Below are positions 11,498 to 21,621 of a stretch of 64,000 nucleotides of DNA, in pieces. Each line of letters starts with the position of its first letter. Position 1 is the first letter of the stretch. The DNA is taken from positions 448,001 to 512,000 of the forward strand of contig CAWGPD010000004.1 in NCBI GenBank assembly GCA_963824385.1, given 5' to 3'. The translations under genes and the position numbers were made by a program. This DNA is from an uncultured Nitrososphaerota archaeon (GTDB lineage Archaea > Thermoproteota > Nitrososphaeria > Nitrososphaerales > Nitrosopumilaceae). The notes under the pieces were generated by a model that was not told the DNA's origin, made no database searches, and worked only from the letters and a program-made list of their open reading frames with translations.

Positions 11498-12274
11498 ATG
11501 GCAACACTTGAGATTAAAGATCTTCATGTACAAAGAGACGGTAAAGAAATTCTCAAAGGGGTAAATCTCAAAACAGGCCCTGGTGAAGTTCATGCCATAA
11601 TGGGTCCAAACGGTTCTGGTAAGAGTACTTTATCATATACAATTTTAGGTCATCCAAAGTATGAAGTTACAAAAGGAGATATTTTGCTTGATGGACAAAG
11701 CATACTTGGTCTTTCCCCTGATGAAAGGGCAAAGAAAGGATTGTTCTTGGCATTTCAATATCCAACAGAAGTTTCCGGTGTAGGCTATTCACACTTTCTA
11801 AGAACTGCATACAATGCATTAAGCAAGTCACTTGCAGATGAAAAAAGAGAAGTGTTTCTTACAGTCAGAGAATTTCAAAACTATCTAAAGAAGAATCTTG
11901 ATGAAGTAGGACTAAAACACGATTTCCTATCAAGATATCTTAACGAAGGGTTTTCAGGTGGAGAGAAAAAAAGATCAGAGGTTTTACAGATGGCAGTATT
12001 ACAACCAAAAATATCAATCCTTGACGAACCAGATTCAGGTTTAGATATTGATGCAGTACAAGCAGTCGCAAAGGCCATTAGTTCAGTCTCAAGAAAAGAT
12101 GCAACAGTAATTGTAATCACCCACTATGCAAGAATTCTAAAATTCCTAGACAAGCTTGACTTTGTTCATGTAATGGCACAAGGAAAGATGATCAAAGAAG
12201 GTCCAAAAGAGCTTGCCGATGAATTGGAACAAAAAGGCTACGGGTGGCTTGGAATTCAAGAAACTACAGAATAA
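11498..12274 (+). CDS. sufC: Fe-S cluster assembly ATPase SufC
   Basis: GEVHAIMGPNGSGKST, FLAFQYP.E, NEGFSGGEKKR.E, LDEPDSGLDID; ATG at 11498. Confidence 0.95.
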   Translation: MATLEIKDLHVQRDGKEILKGVNLKTGPGEVHAIMGPNGSGKSTLSYTILGHPKYEVTKGDILLDGQSILGLSPDERAKKGLFLAFQYPTEVSGVGYSHFLRTAYNALSKSLADEKREVFLTVREFQNYLKKNLDEVGLKHDFLSRYLNEGFSGGEKKRSEVLQMAVLQPKISILDEPDSGLDIDAVQAVAKAISSVSRKDATVIVITHYARILKFLDKLDFVHVMAQGKMIKEGPKELADELEQKGYGWLGIQETTE

Positions 12275-12377
12275 AGAATTTTCAATATAACCACGCTCAA
12301 TTAATAAAAAAAAGACAATAATCGTGTCTAAAATTTCTTACATATGTACACAAACCTAATTTTTTTAATGAATATAC

Positions 12378-12536
12378 ATGCAGACAAGCAGTCAATCCAA
12401 ATCTAACGAGTTTTACACAAACTGTATGAAATATTTTGAGGCACTAAGAAAGACTGGAAAACAGGATTTTGGTTTTGAAGATGAATTTTTCTATACCATG
12501 CCTGCCATGTCAGAGAAAATCATAAGCGAGCAGTAA
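12378..12536 (+). CDS. Small hypothetical protein (52 aa), not in the ORF track
   Basis: Hand-translated MQTSSQSKSNEFYTNCMKYFEALRKTGKQDFGFEDEFFYTMPAMSEKIISEQ. Confidence 0.55.
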   Translation: MQTSSQSKSNEFYTNCMKYFEALRKTGKQDFGFEDEFFYTMPAMSEKIISEQ

Positions 12537-12599
12537 AAGCATTCAAAAATCAATACAATCACGGTTTCAGTTATATATTCAGTACAGTGATCTCTCGTT

Positions 12600-12698
12600 G
12601 CAGAGGTACCGAAGCCCGGTCAACCGAGAGGGACTCAAGATCTTCTATAAGATATCCCTTCCCTTAGGGGTTCGTGGGTTCAAATCCCACTCTCTGCA
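12600..12698 (+). tRNA. tRNA-Leu(CAA) with 14-nt intron at 37/38 (12640..12653)
   Basis: Acceptor GCAGAGG/TCTCTGC, anticodon stem AGGGA/TCCCT, CT-CAA-G, long variable arm, GGTTCAAATCC T-arm. Confidence 0.9.
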
Positions 12699-12717
12699 TT
12701 TTCCTTTTCTTTTTTTC
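12699..12717 (+). terminator. Oligo-T archaeal terminator after tRNA-Leu
   Basis: ttttccttttctttttttc immediately 3' of the tRNA. Confidence 0.55.
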
Positions 12718-12820
12718 TCGTCTCTGTCGTTGTTTACGATTTAGCTCGTCATATCCTCTGTGATTTTCACCCATAGTAACGCATACTAGTGTTTATTAGA
12801 AAATTTTTCCATATTATGCC

Positions 12821-14047
12821 ATGGAAAAGATAGAGTCAAGAGACAAAATACCAGGGCCAAAAGCTAGGCGCATTATTAACACGATGAAAAAGCATGCTTA
12901 TGATTCAACATTTATGTATTCTTTGGTAGTTTCACATGGACACCGTTGTATCATTGAAGATGTAGATGGTAACAAGTATCTTGATCTTACATCCAACATA
13001 GGAGCTTGCCCTTTAGGATATTCACATCCAGATATCATAGAAATACTTGCAGCATATTCATCAAATGGCACATACAAGATAGCAGGTCAGGATTTTTACT
13101 GTCAAGAACATGCAGATCTTGCAGAAAATATTTCAACCATCTTACCTACAGGTTTTAAGACATTTTTCATAAATAGTGGTGCAGAAGCTGTTGAGAATGC
13201 AATAAAAATTGCATATAGAAAGAACGGTCCACTTCCTGGAATTTCATGCACTGGTGCATTTCATGGAAGAACATTAGGCGCACTTAGTTTTACATATAGT
13301 AGACCCGTGCAAAAATATAATTTTCCAGAATTTCCATCTAAAAGAATCAAGTTTTGCATAAAAGACGATGATGCAGAAATTGATGCAGTAGAAAATCTAT
13401 TAAAAGAAAATAAAATTGCGTTCATTCTGACTGAGATAATCCAAGGAGAAGGAGGTTACAATGTTGCAAGTAAAAAATTCATTTCAAATCTGAGAAAATT
13501 TGCAACAATGTATGGAGTTCCACTAATATTAGATGAAGTTCAATCTGGAGTAGGTCATACAGGCAAGTGGTGGGCCTTTGAACATTATGGAATAAAACCA
13601 GATATTATGAGTACTGCAAAAGCATTACAGATAGGAGTTACTGCATATAACAAAAAGTTTGAACCAAGTCAAAGATCAGCATTATCAAGTACATGGGGAG
13701 GAGGAAATAGAATAGACATGGCAGTTGGTACACGAGTCATTGAGGTAATAAAACGAGACAAGTTATTAGATAATGCAACAAAGATGGGCAATAAACTTAG
13801 AAAAGGATTGACGGAGATGACTGGAAAAAAAGGTGTAGTGGATGTAAGGGGATTAGGCCTTATGGTAGGAGTTGAATTTGATACAACACTACACCGTGAC
13901 AAAAAACTTACTGAATTATTCAAACATGGTTTGTTGACTCTTGGAGCAGGTCAAAAATCAATGAGGATCATACCTCCACTCATAATTACAAAAGAGCAGA
14001 TAAATGAAGGTCTGGAGATTATGCACCAAGTATTGATGAAGAGCTAG
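12821..14047 (+). CDS. Class III PLP aminotransferase (GabT/ArgD/lysine 6-aminotransferase-like)
   Basis: NSGAEAVENAIK, AFHGRTLG, E.IQGEGG, LILDEVQSG, PDIMSTAK. Confidence 0.9.
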   Translation: MEKIESRDKIPGPKARRIINTMKKHAYDSTFMYSLVVSHGHRCIIEDVDGNKYLDLTSNIGACPLGYSHPDIIEILAAYSSNGTYKIAGQDFYCQEHADLAENISTILPTGFKTFFINSGAEAVENAIKIAYRKNGPLPGISCTGAFHGRTLGALSFTYSRPVQKYNFPEFPSKRIKFCIKDDDAEIDAVENLLKENKIAFILTEIIQGEGGYNVASKKFISNLRKFATMYGVPLILDEVQSGVGHTGKWWAFEHYGIKPDIMSTAKALQIGVTAYNKKFEPSQRSALSSTWGGGNRIDMAVGTRVIEVIKRDKLLDNATKMGNKLRKGLTEMTGKKGVVDVRGLGLMVGVEFDTTLHRDKKLTELFKHGLLTLGAGQKSMRIIPPLIITKEQINEGLEIMHQVLMKS

Positions 14048-15297
14048 TATGCGTCATACTTGTCACCCATCTCAAGTGATGCTATTTTGAGTTTTAGTAC
14101 TTCGTTTGCCCCTTCATAGATTACAATTGCCCTAGAATCAAGAAAGTGTCTTGCCACTCTGCTTGTTTTTTGATACCCATAAGAGCCAAAGACTTGGACT
14201 GCTCTATTTGCACAGTCAAATGCAGCATTTGTTGCGTGCAACTTGGCAATAGCAGCAAGCCTATCAGCCTTATTTCTTAGTTCAGAATATTCCTTATTTT
14301 CTCGGTCAAGTAGAGATAACCAATTTGCGTCATTTTCTTTGAGTGTTTCCACATAATCATGGAGTTTTTGCCTTGCAGTCCCTGCACGACATACTAGCCA
14401 TCTAGAACTTTCTATATTTACAATCATCGTAGCAAGATGTTCTTGGATTAGCTGTTTTTTTGCAAGAACAGAACCATGTTGTTCTCTTTTTTGCGAGTAT
14501 TTTATTGACTCGTCAAGACAATCTTTCATTACTCCCACAGCGCCAGCAGCTACACTTAATCTCCCATCAATTAATGCACTAAATGCAACACTAAGACCAT
14601 TTCCAATCTTCCCAAGAAGATTTTGTTTTGGAACTAGACAATTTTTTAAAGTAATCTCTGCATTTTTTACCGTAAGCAATCCCATTTTGTTATGCATCTC
14701 TTCTGCGTGAAATCCCTCCGAGTTTGTATCTACAATAAACGCAGAGATTTTTCCATCAGATCCACGTGCATACGTTGTAATGACTTTGGCAAATGTCCCA
14801 TTTCCCACCCAATGTTTTACTCCATTTAGAATATAATTATCTCCACGTTCTTCAAATTTTGTTGAAGTCTTACCAGGATCGCTTCCTGCATCAGGCTCTG
14901 TTAGTGCAAAACCCATTATGCTATTTCCATTAGTGGTATTTGGAAGATATTTCTTTTTTTGTTCTTCATTTCCCCAGTTTTGTATCACCATCTGACCAAT
15001 TGATATATGCGCAGAGAAAAATGTACGAAGTGAATTTCCCTCTTGGCCAATTCTTTCTATGGCAAACAAGTATGTCAAAATATCATATCCAAGACCTCCA
15101 TATTTTTTTGATATTGGACATCCAAGCATTCCTATTTCTCCAAATTCAGGAATTACTCGGTCATTTGATTTTTCTTCTAGATAACATTTTGTTTCATGAT
15201 CTCTAATTGAGTTACAAACTCTATCTATTTTATCAAGAAAATTTTTCTGCTCTTCTGATACTTCAAAATTCATCTTGGAAATATTTGAGTATGACAT
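14044..15297 (-). CDS. Acyl-CoA dehydrogenase (glutaryl-CoA dehydrogenase-like)
   Basis: FALTEPDAGSD, LNG.K.W..NG, R.Q.G..L…QLIQ, AVQVFG.YG, IYEGANEV. Confidence 0.9.
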   Translation of the reverse strand: MSYSNISKMNFEVSEEQKNFLDKIDRVCNSIRDHETKCYLEEKSNDRVIPEFGEIGMLGCPISKKYGGLGYDILTYLFAIERIGQEGNSLRTFFSAHISIGQMVIQNWGNEEQKKKYLPNTTNGNSIMGFALTEPDAGSDPGKTSTKFEERGDNYILNGVKHWVGNGTFAKVITTYARGSDGKISAFIVDTNSEGFHAEEMHNKMGLLTVKNAEITLKNCLVPKQNLLGKIGNGLSVAFSALIDGRLSVAAGAVGVMKDCLDESIKYSQKREQHGSVLAKKQLIQEHLATMIVNIESSRWLVCRAGTARQKLHDYVETLKENDANWLSLLDRENKEYSELRNKADRLAAIAKLHATNAAFDCANRAVQVFGSYGYQKTSRVARHFLDSRAIVIYEGANEVLKLKIASLEMGDKYDAY

Positions 15298-15341
15298 GTG
15301 GTTATTCAGTTATCTCCAAGAATATTATTTCATTTGAGTTT

Positions 15342-15473
15342 CTATACTTTTACTATTTGAATCTCTCGAACATTATGTTTTGAAAGATCCTCATGTAAAG
15401 CAGCGTGTGACTCGTCAGTAAAAGTCAAATTGCATCTATAACACTTCCACGCTTTAGTACTCATGGAAACCAT
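15342..15473 (-). CDS. Small C2H2-type zinc-finger protein (43 aa), not in the ORF track
   Basis: Hand-translated MVSMSTKAWKCYRCNLTFTDESHAALHEDLSKHNVREIQIVKV (W.C..C…F…H…H). Confidence 0.7.
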   Translation of the reverse strand: MVSMSTKAWKCYRCNLTFTDESHAALHEDLSKHNVREIQIVKV

Positions 15474-15636
15474 ACGTGAATTTAATTAATAAGTATATTG
15501 AATTATTTTTGTATTTTCTAGTATAACAAGGTCATAGATTTCAATTACTTGAAATATTTCCTATATTCAGATACATTTCTTGAATTTTTCTAGCATTATA
15601 ACTAGAAAGATATTTTGATAACTTTAATTTATAAAA

Positions 15637-16278
15637 ATGGAATTAATTCTAATGACCAAATTGAAATTAGAAAAATTAAAGGAATATGTAAAAAAAGAGA
15701 TAGAAAATGACGCCGCACATGATTTTGAGCACATTATAAGAGTACTCAAGAATGCAACAATGATTGCAAGAAAAGAAAAATCAGACATGGTATTGATTAC
15801 TGCTGCAGTGTTATTGCATGACATAGTCTCTTATCCAAAATCAGATCCTCGTTCAAAAAATTCATCGCTAGAAAGTGCAGAAGAATCAAAAAAGATTTTA
15901 AAAAAATATGACTTTACCAAAGATGAAATTAAAATCATTTCTGATGCTATTAGAGATCATAGTTTTTCAAGAGGAATTATTCCTCAAACATTGGAAGGTA
16001 AGATATTACAAGATGCAGACAGATTAGATGCATTAGGATCCATAGGAATTGCAAGAACATTTGCAGTAGGTGGTGCAGAGAATAGACCATTTTACAACAA
16101 GGATGATCCATTTTGTAAGAAGCGTTCTCCAGATGACAAGAATTGGACATTAGATCATTTTTACAAGAAACTTTTACTTTTAGAAAAAATAATGAATACA
16201 AAGACTGGAAGAATAATGGCAAGAAAAAGAATTAAAATAATGAAAAATTTTCTGGATGAGTTAGAAAAAGAAATCTAG
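15637..16278 (+). CDS. HD-domain phosphohydrolase
   Basis: AHDFEHI.RV, LLHDI, H.FS, QDADRLDALG.IGIARTF. Confidence 0.9.
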   Translation: MELILMTKLKLEKLKEYVKKEIENDAAHDFEHIIRVLKNATMIARKEKSDMVLITAAVLLHDIVSYPKSDPRSKNSSLESAEESKKILKKYDFTKDEIKIISDAIRDHSFSRGIIPQTLEGKILQDADRLDALGSIGIARTFAVGGAENRPFYNKDDPFCKKRSPDDKNWTLDHFYKKLLLLEKIMNTKTGRIMARKRIKIMKNFLDELEKEI

Positions 16279-16586
16279 CCATAGTCGACATATCTTTTGT
16301 ATCTAGTTTCAATTTCAGGATTATTACCAGTTAGAATTTTTCTAATTTCATCTTCATGTTTTTCTTTGACATATGCAATGATTTCTTTAAAATTTTCTTC
16401 TTCGGGAAATGCATTTGTAAGCGGAACTAGCATCTTAAAATATTCAGCCACTTTTTCTCGGAATTCTTCTTTTGTCGGTCGTCGCCTCTTATTCATTCTA
16501 AACCAAATTGATGCCCAACTTGCACCAACTACATGTGGCAATAGGTCATATGCTCGAGTTATCTCAAATGACTGGTCTTCTCTCAT
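16275..16586 (-). CDS. Conserved hypothetical protein
   Basis: 103-aa ORF overlapping the hemB stop codon. Confidence 0.6.
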   Translation of the reverse strand: MREDQSFEITRAYDLLPHVVGASWASIWFRMNKRRRPTKEEFREKVAEYFKMLVPLTNAFPEEENFKEIIAYVKEKHEDEIRKILTGNNPEIETRYKRYVDYG

Positions 16587-17563
16587 CTCTGATTGAGTGC
16601 TTTTGCTGCATCCTTTGAGAAATATGTTACTATCATATCTGCGCCAGCACGTTTGATTGCAGTAAGAATTTCAAGTGTCACCTCTGTTTCGTCAATATAT
16701 CCTGCCATAGCGGCTGCCTTGACTAGAGCATATTCTCCAGACACACTGTATGCAGCTATAGGTATGTTGAATTTTTCTCTAGTCATGGAAATCAAGTCAA
16801 GATAAGCAAGTGCTGGTTTTATCATAACAATGTCTACTCCCTCTTGTATATCAGTTTCAACTTCACGCATTGCCTCTTTTGGATTAGTATATGGTAACTG
16901 GTAGGTTTTCCTATCTCCAAACTGTGGAGCAGAATGCGCCATATCTTTGAATGGAGAATATAATGAAGAGCGATGTTTTGCAGAGTGGGACATTATTGCA
17001 ACGTCGTGAAAACCAGCATCATCCAAACCTTGTCTTATTGCTTTTACTTGTCCATCCATCATAGCAGAAGGTGATACAACATCTACTCCAGCTTGAGCTT
17101 GGCTTACTGCAATTTTTGCTAATGTTTCAAGACTAGAGTCATTATCTATCTTATCTCCTTTAACAAGTCCACAATGACCAGAACTAGTATACTGACAAAG
17201 ACAAACATCTGCCATTATAGCAACATCATTTCCAAGATTCTTTTTAATTTCAGAAATTGTTTTTTGTACAATTCCATTTGGAGTAAAAGCTGATGTACCG
17301 TGATCATCTTTCTGAGTAGGTATTCCAAATACCATTACTGCGGGAATTTTTAATTCTGCAATGGAATTTACTTCATTTGTTACATCAGATAATGCAAGTC
17401 TCTCCATTCCAGGCATTGAAGTTCCAGGGATTTTTGATTTTAGATCCTCTTGGACAAAAATTGGACAGATGAGATCCTTTGGGGAAAGTCGTACTTCTTC
17501 TAAAAGTTCCCTGATTTTACCAGTTTTTCTAAGACGTCTCAGTCTTAAATTAGGAAAAGACAA
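16583..17563 (-). CDS. hemB: Porphobilinogen synthase
   Basis: RLRRLR, DVCLCQYT..GHCG, PSAMMDG, D.KTYQ, MIKPAL.YLD, AYSVSGEY. Confidence 0.97.
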   Translation of the reverse strand: MSFPNLRLRRLRKTGKIRELLEEVRLSPKDLICPIFVQEDLKSKIPGTSMPGMERLALSDVTNEVNSIAELKIPAVMVFGIPTQKDDHGTSAFTPNGIVQKTISEIKKNLGNDVAIMADVCLCQYTSSGHCGLVKGDKIDNDSSLETLAKIAVSQAQAGVDVVSPSAMMDGQVKAIRQGLDDAGFHDVAIMSHSAKHRSSLYSPFKDMAHSAPQFGDRKTYQLPYTNPKEAMREVETDIQEGVDIVMIKPALAYLDLISMTREKFNIPIAAYSVSGEYALVKAAAMAGYIDETEVTLEILTAIKRAGADMIVTYFSKDAAKALNQR

Positions 17564-17597
17564 TATACAAAATACCTTTTTTTAGCAATATAATTTG

Positions 17598-18855
17598 TTA
17601 CTCTTTGGTCTTATAATCAAAGAGTTTTGTGACAGTTTTTAGGATTTCAGAATCACCTTGTTCTGAGGCTTTTCTTAGATTATTCATAGGAATTGACATT
17701 ATATCTTCAACAATTGCCTGAGTAAGTTGGTCAATAATTCGTATTTTTTGTTCATCTTTTTCGCCTAGCATTTGAAGAGCCTTCTTCAATTCTTTGACTC
17801 GTGCTTGGTCTATCTCCTTGAATACATTTGTAACGATTGGTTCTACTTCTAGTCTCTTCATTGCTGCTTCTACTACAGGAAGCTCTTCATTAATAATTTG
17901 TTCTGCTGATGATACAACTCCCATCCTTGTCTGTAGATTCTTGTCAACCATCTGTGCAATCTGGTCCATGTTCATAACTTTGATTTTATCGATAGTTCCA
18001 ACTTTATCGTCCACAGTTCTTGGATTAGAAAGATCCATTATGAGCATACCATCCTTGCCTGACTCCATTGCTTCTTTTACTCGATCATATGTAACAAGAA
18101 AATACGGTGCAACGGTTGCTACAAACAGTACATCGATTGATTTGAAATTAGATGTAGACTTCATCAAATGGTATAGGTATTCCACCTGCAGTGTCAGCAA
18201 AAGCCTTTGAACGCTCAAATGTTCTACTAGTGACAAGAAAATTAATTTCTCGTTTTTTGAGGGATTTTGCAACTAAACTTGCTGCTTCTCCAGTTCCAAT
18301 TAACAAAATATGCTTTGATTTTAAATCATCAACATTTTCTTCTGCAAGATTTACTGCCATAGAACCAACAGAAATACTACCCTTTCCAATTCCAGTTGCC
18401 TGACGTACACGAGAACCAACTCTAATTGCCTTGTCAAATAGAGTATTGAGATTATCTCCAGAGGCCTTGAGTCCTCTGGCAGTAGAGATAGAGTCTTTTA
18501 TTTGGCCAAGTATCTGTTCCTCCCCTATTACAAGAGAATCAAGTCCAGATGTGAGCTTGAGTAAATGAGCATATGCGTCAGTTCCTTTGCTTATCTCAAG
18601 ATTATCCTTAAACGCATTTTCTTCTAGTCCTGCAACAGATGCCCATGTCTTTTTTATTTTTTCAAGATCAGTAGTAGCAGTACAACCAAAGAGTTCAACT
18701 CTATTACAGGTTTGCAGTATAACACATTCTTGCAATCCAGAATGTTTCAAAAATGATTCATATGCAGAATCAACATCTCTAAAAGTGAATCTTTCAAGCA
18801 TATGAATAGGAGATTTTCTAAAAGTAACTCTAGCGTTAATTACATCACTTGTCAG
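17598..18855 (-). CDS. hemA: Glutamyl-tRNA reductase (~418 aa), one extra base at ~18158; start codon uncertain
   Basis: QTCNRVE, SGLDSLVIGEEQILGQ, GTGE, DLSNPR; AGACT read as AGCT joins the frames; frame stays open upstream to CTG at 18855. Confidence 0.9.
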
Positions 18856-19506
18856 ATTAGATCACCTAGCATTTCCATAACCCGCTTCTGTGCCTTTTTT
18901 AGATTTCCGTCTTGTATTAATTGTTTAACACGATTGTCATTCATAACACCATATAGAAACTTCCTTCGTTCAGAAAAGGTGTGGGATCTTGGCTTTGGCA
19001 GCTTTTCTGGCAAAATCTTGTAGTTTTATATGGTAAATATCCTCTTTTTTAATTAATTTTTTAAAGACTTGTTCTGCCTGAATTTTTAATTTTCTTGCCA
19101 TGGCAGGGCTTCGACCTCCTGTTGATATTGCAATTTGTACGGTATCATCAATGTTAATTACAGATCCAAATGCAAAATCACTTACTTCTGGATCATCAGA
19201 AGCATACGCATAACAATGCATAGTATTTGCTTGTTCTACAATTTTACGATTAAGTTCTTTATTGTTTGTTGTAGCCAACACCATAAATGGTTTGTATTTT
19301 TTTAGAAAATTTGCATCGGCAAGTTTCATTTGTTTAAAAGAAATTTTCTTTTGCTTGACATAGTTTTGGATTTGCCTGTTAGTTGAATCACTAATAAGAA
19401 GAATTTTACAATCTTGTGTTAAAAGAGTATTTACTTTTTTTAGACCTTCATTTCCTCCACCCACTATAATTACCAAATCTCCCTTAAGATTCAGATCAAC
19501 TATCAA
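18852..19506 (-). CDS. sirC: Precorrin-2 dehydrogenase (SirC/Met8/CysG-N-like, ~217 aa), extra base near 18985
   Basis: IVGGG.EG, D.PE.SDF.F, IAISTGGRSPAMAR; continues after the shift as …SERRKFLYG…EMLGDLI. Confidence 0.85.
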
Positions 19507-19594
19507 TTAATCACGCTGACTTGAGATGATATTTATAGATTCTATGGGAATATAGGCAACATTTTTAATTGTAAGACCAGATTTTGCATTCATC

Positions 19595-20609
19595 ATGGAT
19601 AATCTGGACAAAGAGATTTTAAATGAAATCCAGTGGACTTTTCCTTTAACACCAAAACCATATTCTGAGATGGCAAAGAAATTTGGATTATCAGAACAGG
19701 ATATGATGCAGAGACTCCATGTCCTAAAGGATGCAGGAATAATCAGACAGATTAGTGCAATATTTGATACAAGAAAATTAGGATACAAGAGTGCATTGGT
19801 TGCAATGGCAATCGAGCCAGAAAAATTAGACTATATTGCAAATCAGGTAAACAGACATCCAGGTGTATCTCACAATTATGAGAGAAATCACGAATACAAT
19901 CTTTGGTTTACTCTAGCAGTTCCTCCAGGATCTGATCTAAAAACAGAGATAGACAAATTCTCCAAGTTACCTGGAATTAAAAAAACCAGATTACTTCCTA
20001 CTATAAAACTATTCAAGATTGGAGTAAAGCTTGAGATGGTAGATGAAAAGAAATCAGATGTCAAACCATCCGAAGAAAAGAAGAAAATAACTGAAACAAA
20101 ATTTATTGCAAACGAAGAAGAAAAAAACTACATACGTGAATTACAAAAAGATTTAGAGATAATTGAAAGACCGTTCTTAAAATCTGCTCAAAAACTTGGA
20201 ATAACTGAAGAGCATACTTCTCGAAAAGGTAAAGCAATATGAAGAAATAGGAGTTATGCGAAGATTTGCAGCCATTTTACGACATAGAGAAGTAGGTTTT
20301 ACTGCAAACGGTATGATTGTATGGAAAGTTCCAGATGAAAGAATTGAAGAAGTTGGTGAAAAACTTGGTTCATTTCCGCAGATTAGTCATTGCTATCAAA
20401 GACCAGTATATCCAGACTGGCCATACAGTGTATTTTCCATGGTACATTGCAAATCAATTGCAGATGCAGAAGAGATGGCAAAACAAATCCAGAAACAGGT
20501 AGAGGTTAATGATTACAAGATCCTTTTTAGTTCAAGGGAATTCAAGAAAACAAGAGTGGAATACTTTGTTGAACATGAATTTAACATAGAAGACCCAATT
20601 ACTGTATAA
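19595..20609 (+). CDS. ahbAB: Fused siroheme decarboxylase AhbA/AhbB (Lrp/AsnC/NirDL-like, ~337 aa), extra base at ~20214
   Basis: IQ..FP…PY, GVSHNY.R.H.YNLWFT, RRFAAIL.H…GF.AN.M.VW, SHCY.R…WPY..F.M.H. Confidence 0.85.
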
Positions 20610-20629
20610 TATATCTATAAAGTAAATTT

Positions 20630-20951
20630 CTAAGATATCTCAATTATAGTCTCAGGAGAAGAGTTCAATGAGACTTTGATCGAATTGACCTTGCTTTGAT
20701 ACATAAAGAATTTTTTACCAGATGAATTTGTATCCCCTGAAATACGGACAAGTCCGGCAGTATGAAGTCTACGAACCCACCTATACACTTGAGTTAGAGG
20801 TATTCCAGACTTGGTGCTAATCTCCCATGCAGATTTTGGCGCGTCAGTAGTAGACTCGAAGTATATGCATTGCTTGGTCATTTGATATAATTTTCAAAAT
20901 ACCGTCTACGCTTTCCCCTTCAAGAATTCTGCCTTGTTGGAGTATCAGCAC
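20630..20951 (-). CDS. Small wHTH regulator (~106 aa), extra base at ~20854
   Basis: KSA.EIS…IPL..VYR.V..L…GLV; corrected N-terminus MLILQQGRILEG…MHILRATTD. Confidence 0.7.
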
Positions 20952-21024
20952 GTTAACATTAACAAACTACAAAAATATAACATGCTCGATTAGATCGCAC
21001 TCAGTTGCAAACGTTTGCAATCAT

Positions 21025-21559
21025 TTATTCAGTAAATTTGAAGGACATCATACCCACATTATAGTCAAAATCAACCTTTTTCCCCAAAACTTCTTTGAAA
21101 ATTAATTCAAGTACGGTTGTGTGATATAATGACCAGTTTTCACCAAGATCGTGTTTGATGATAAACGTATGAACATTATTTTTTATGTTATGATTTATTT
21201 CAATTGAAGATGCACGCATTCTTGCCTCAAACCAAGAGATGAACGAATCAAGATTGATATCACCTTGCATGAATAGGGCAGTATCTCTTACTACATTTTT
21301 ACCAATACGATTAGCCATGTCTATTGCTTGATTCTTAGTCATTTTTCCAAAGAGTTCAACTATGATTGGTTTTGCAATTGGAACCATGCCCACTTTCAGC
21401 TTCATACATATCCCATTCAACATATCTTTTGAAGATGTGATTGACAAACGTATTGAGACTAGTTTCCCGATGTTCTGATTCGGAACGAAGTTTACTTAGG
21501 ACGTCTTCATCAATTCTAAATGTCATAGTGGATGTCTTTTTTGTACTAAGAACCATCAC
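21025..21559 (-). CDS. RHH-like N-terminus plus sensor-like domain (~177 aa), extra base at ~21397
   Basis: TSTMTFRIDEDVLSKLR.E…SLNT.VN.I.K.YVEWD; joins via YEAKVGMVP. Confidence 0.7.
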
Positions 21560-21621
21560 TTTGATTTATTTTCTTTGAATATAATTTGTTTTATTTCTCT
21601 AGAATTTTAGAACCAGCATCC

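Noticed and set aside
12600..15500. tRNA-integrated island with att sites
   Set aside because: No integrase and no duplicated tRNA 3' end found for any of the three tRNAs
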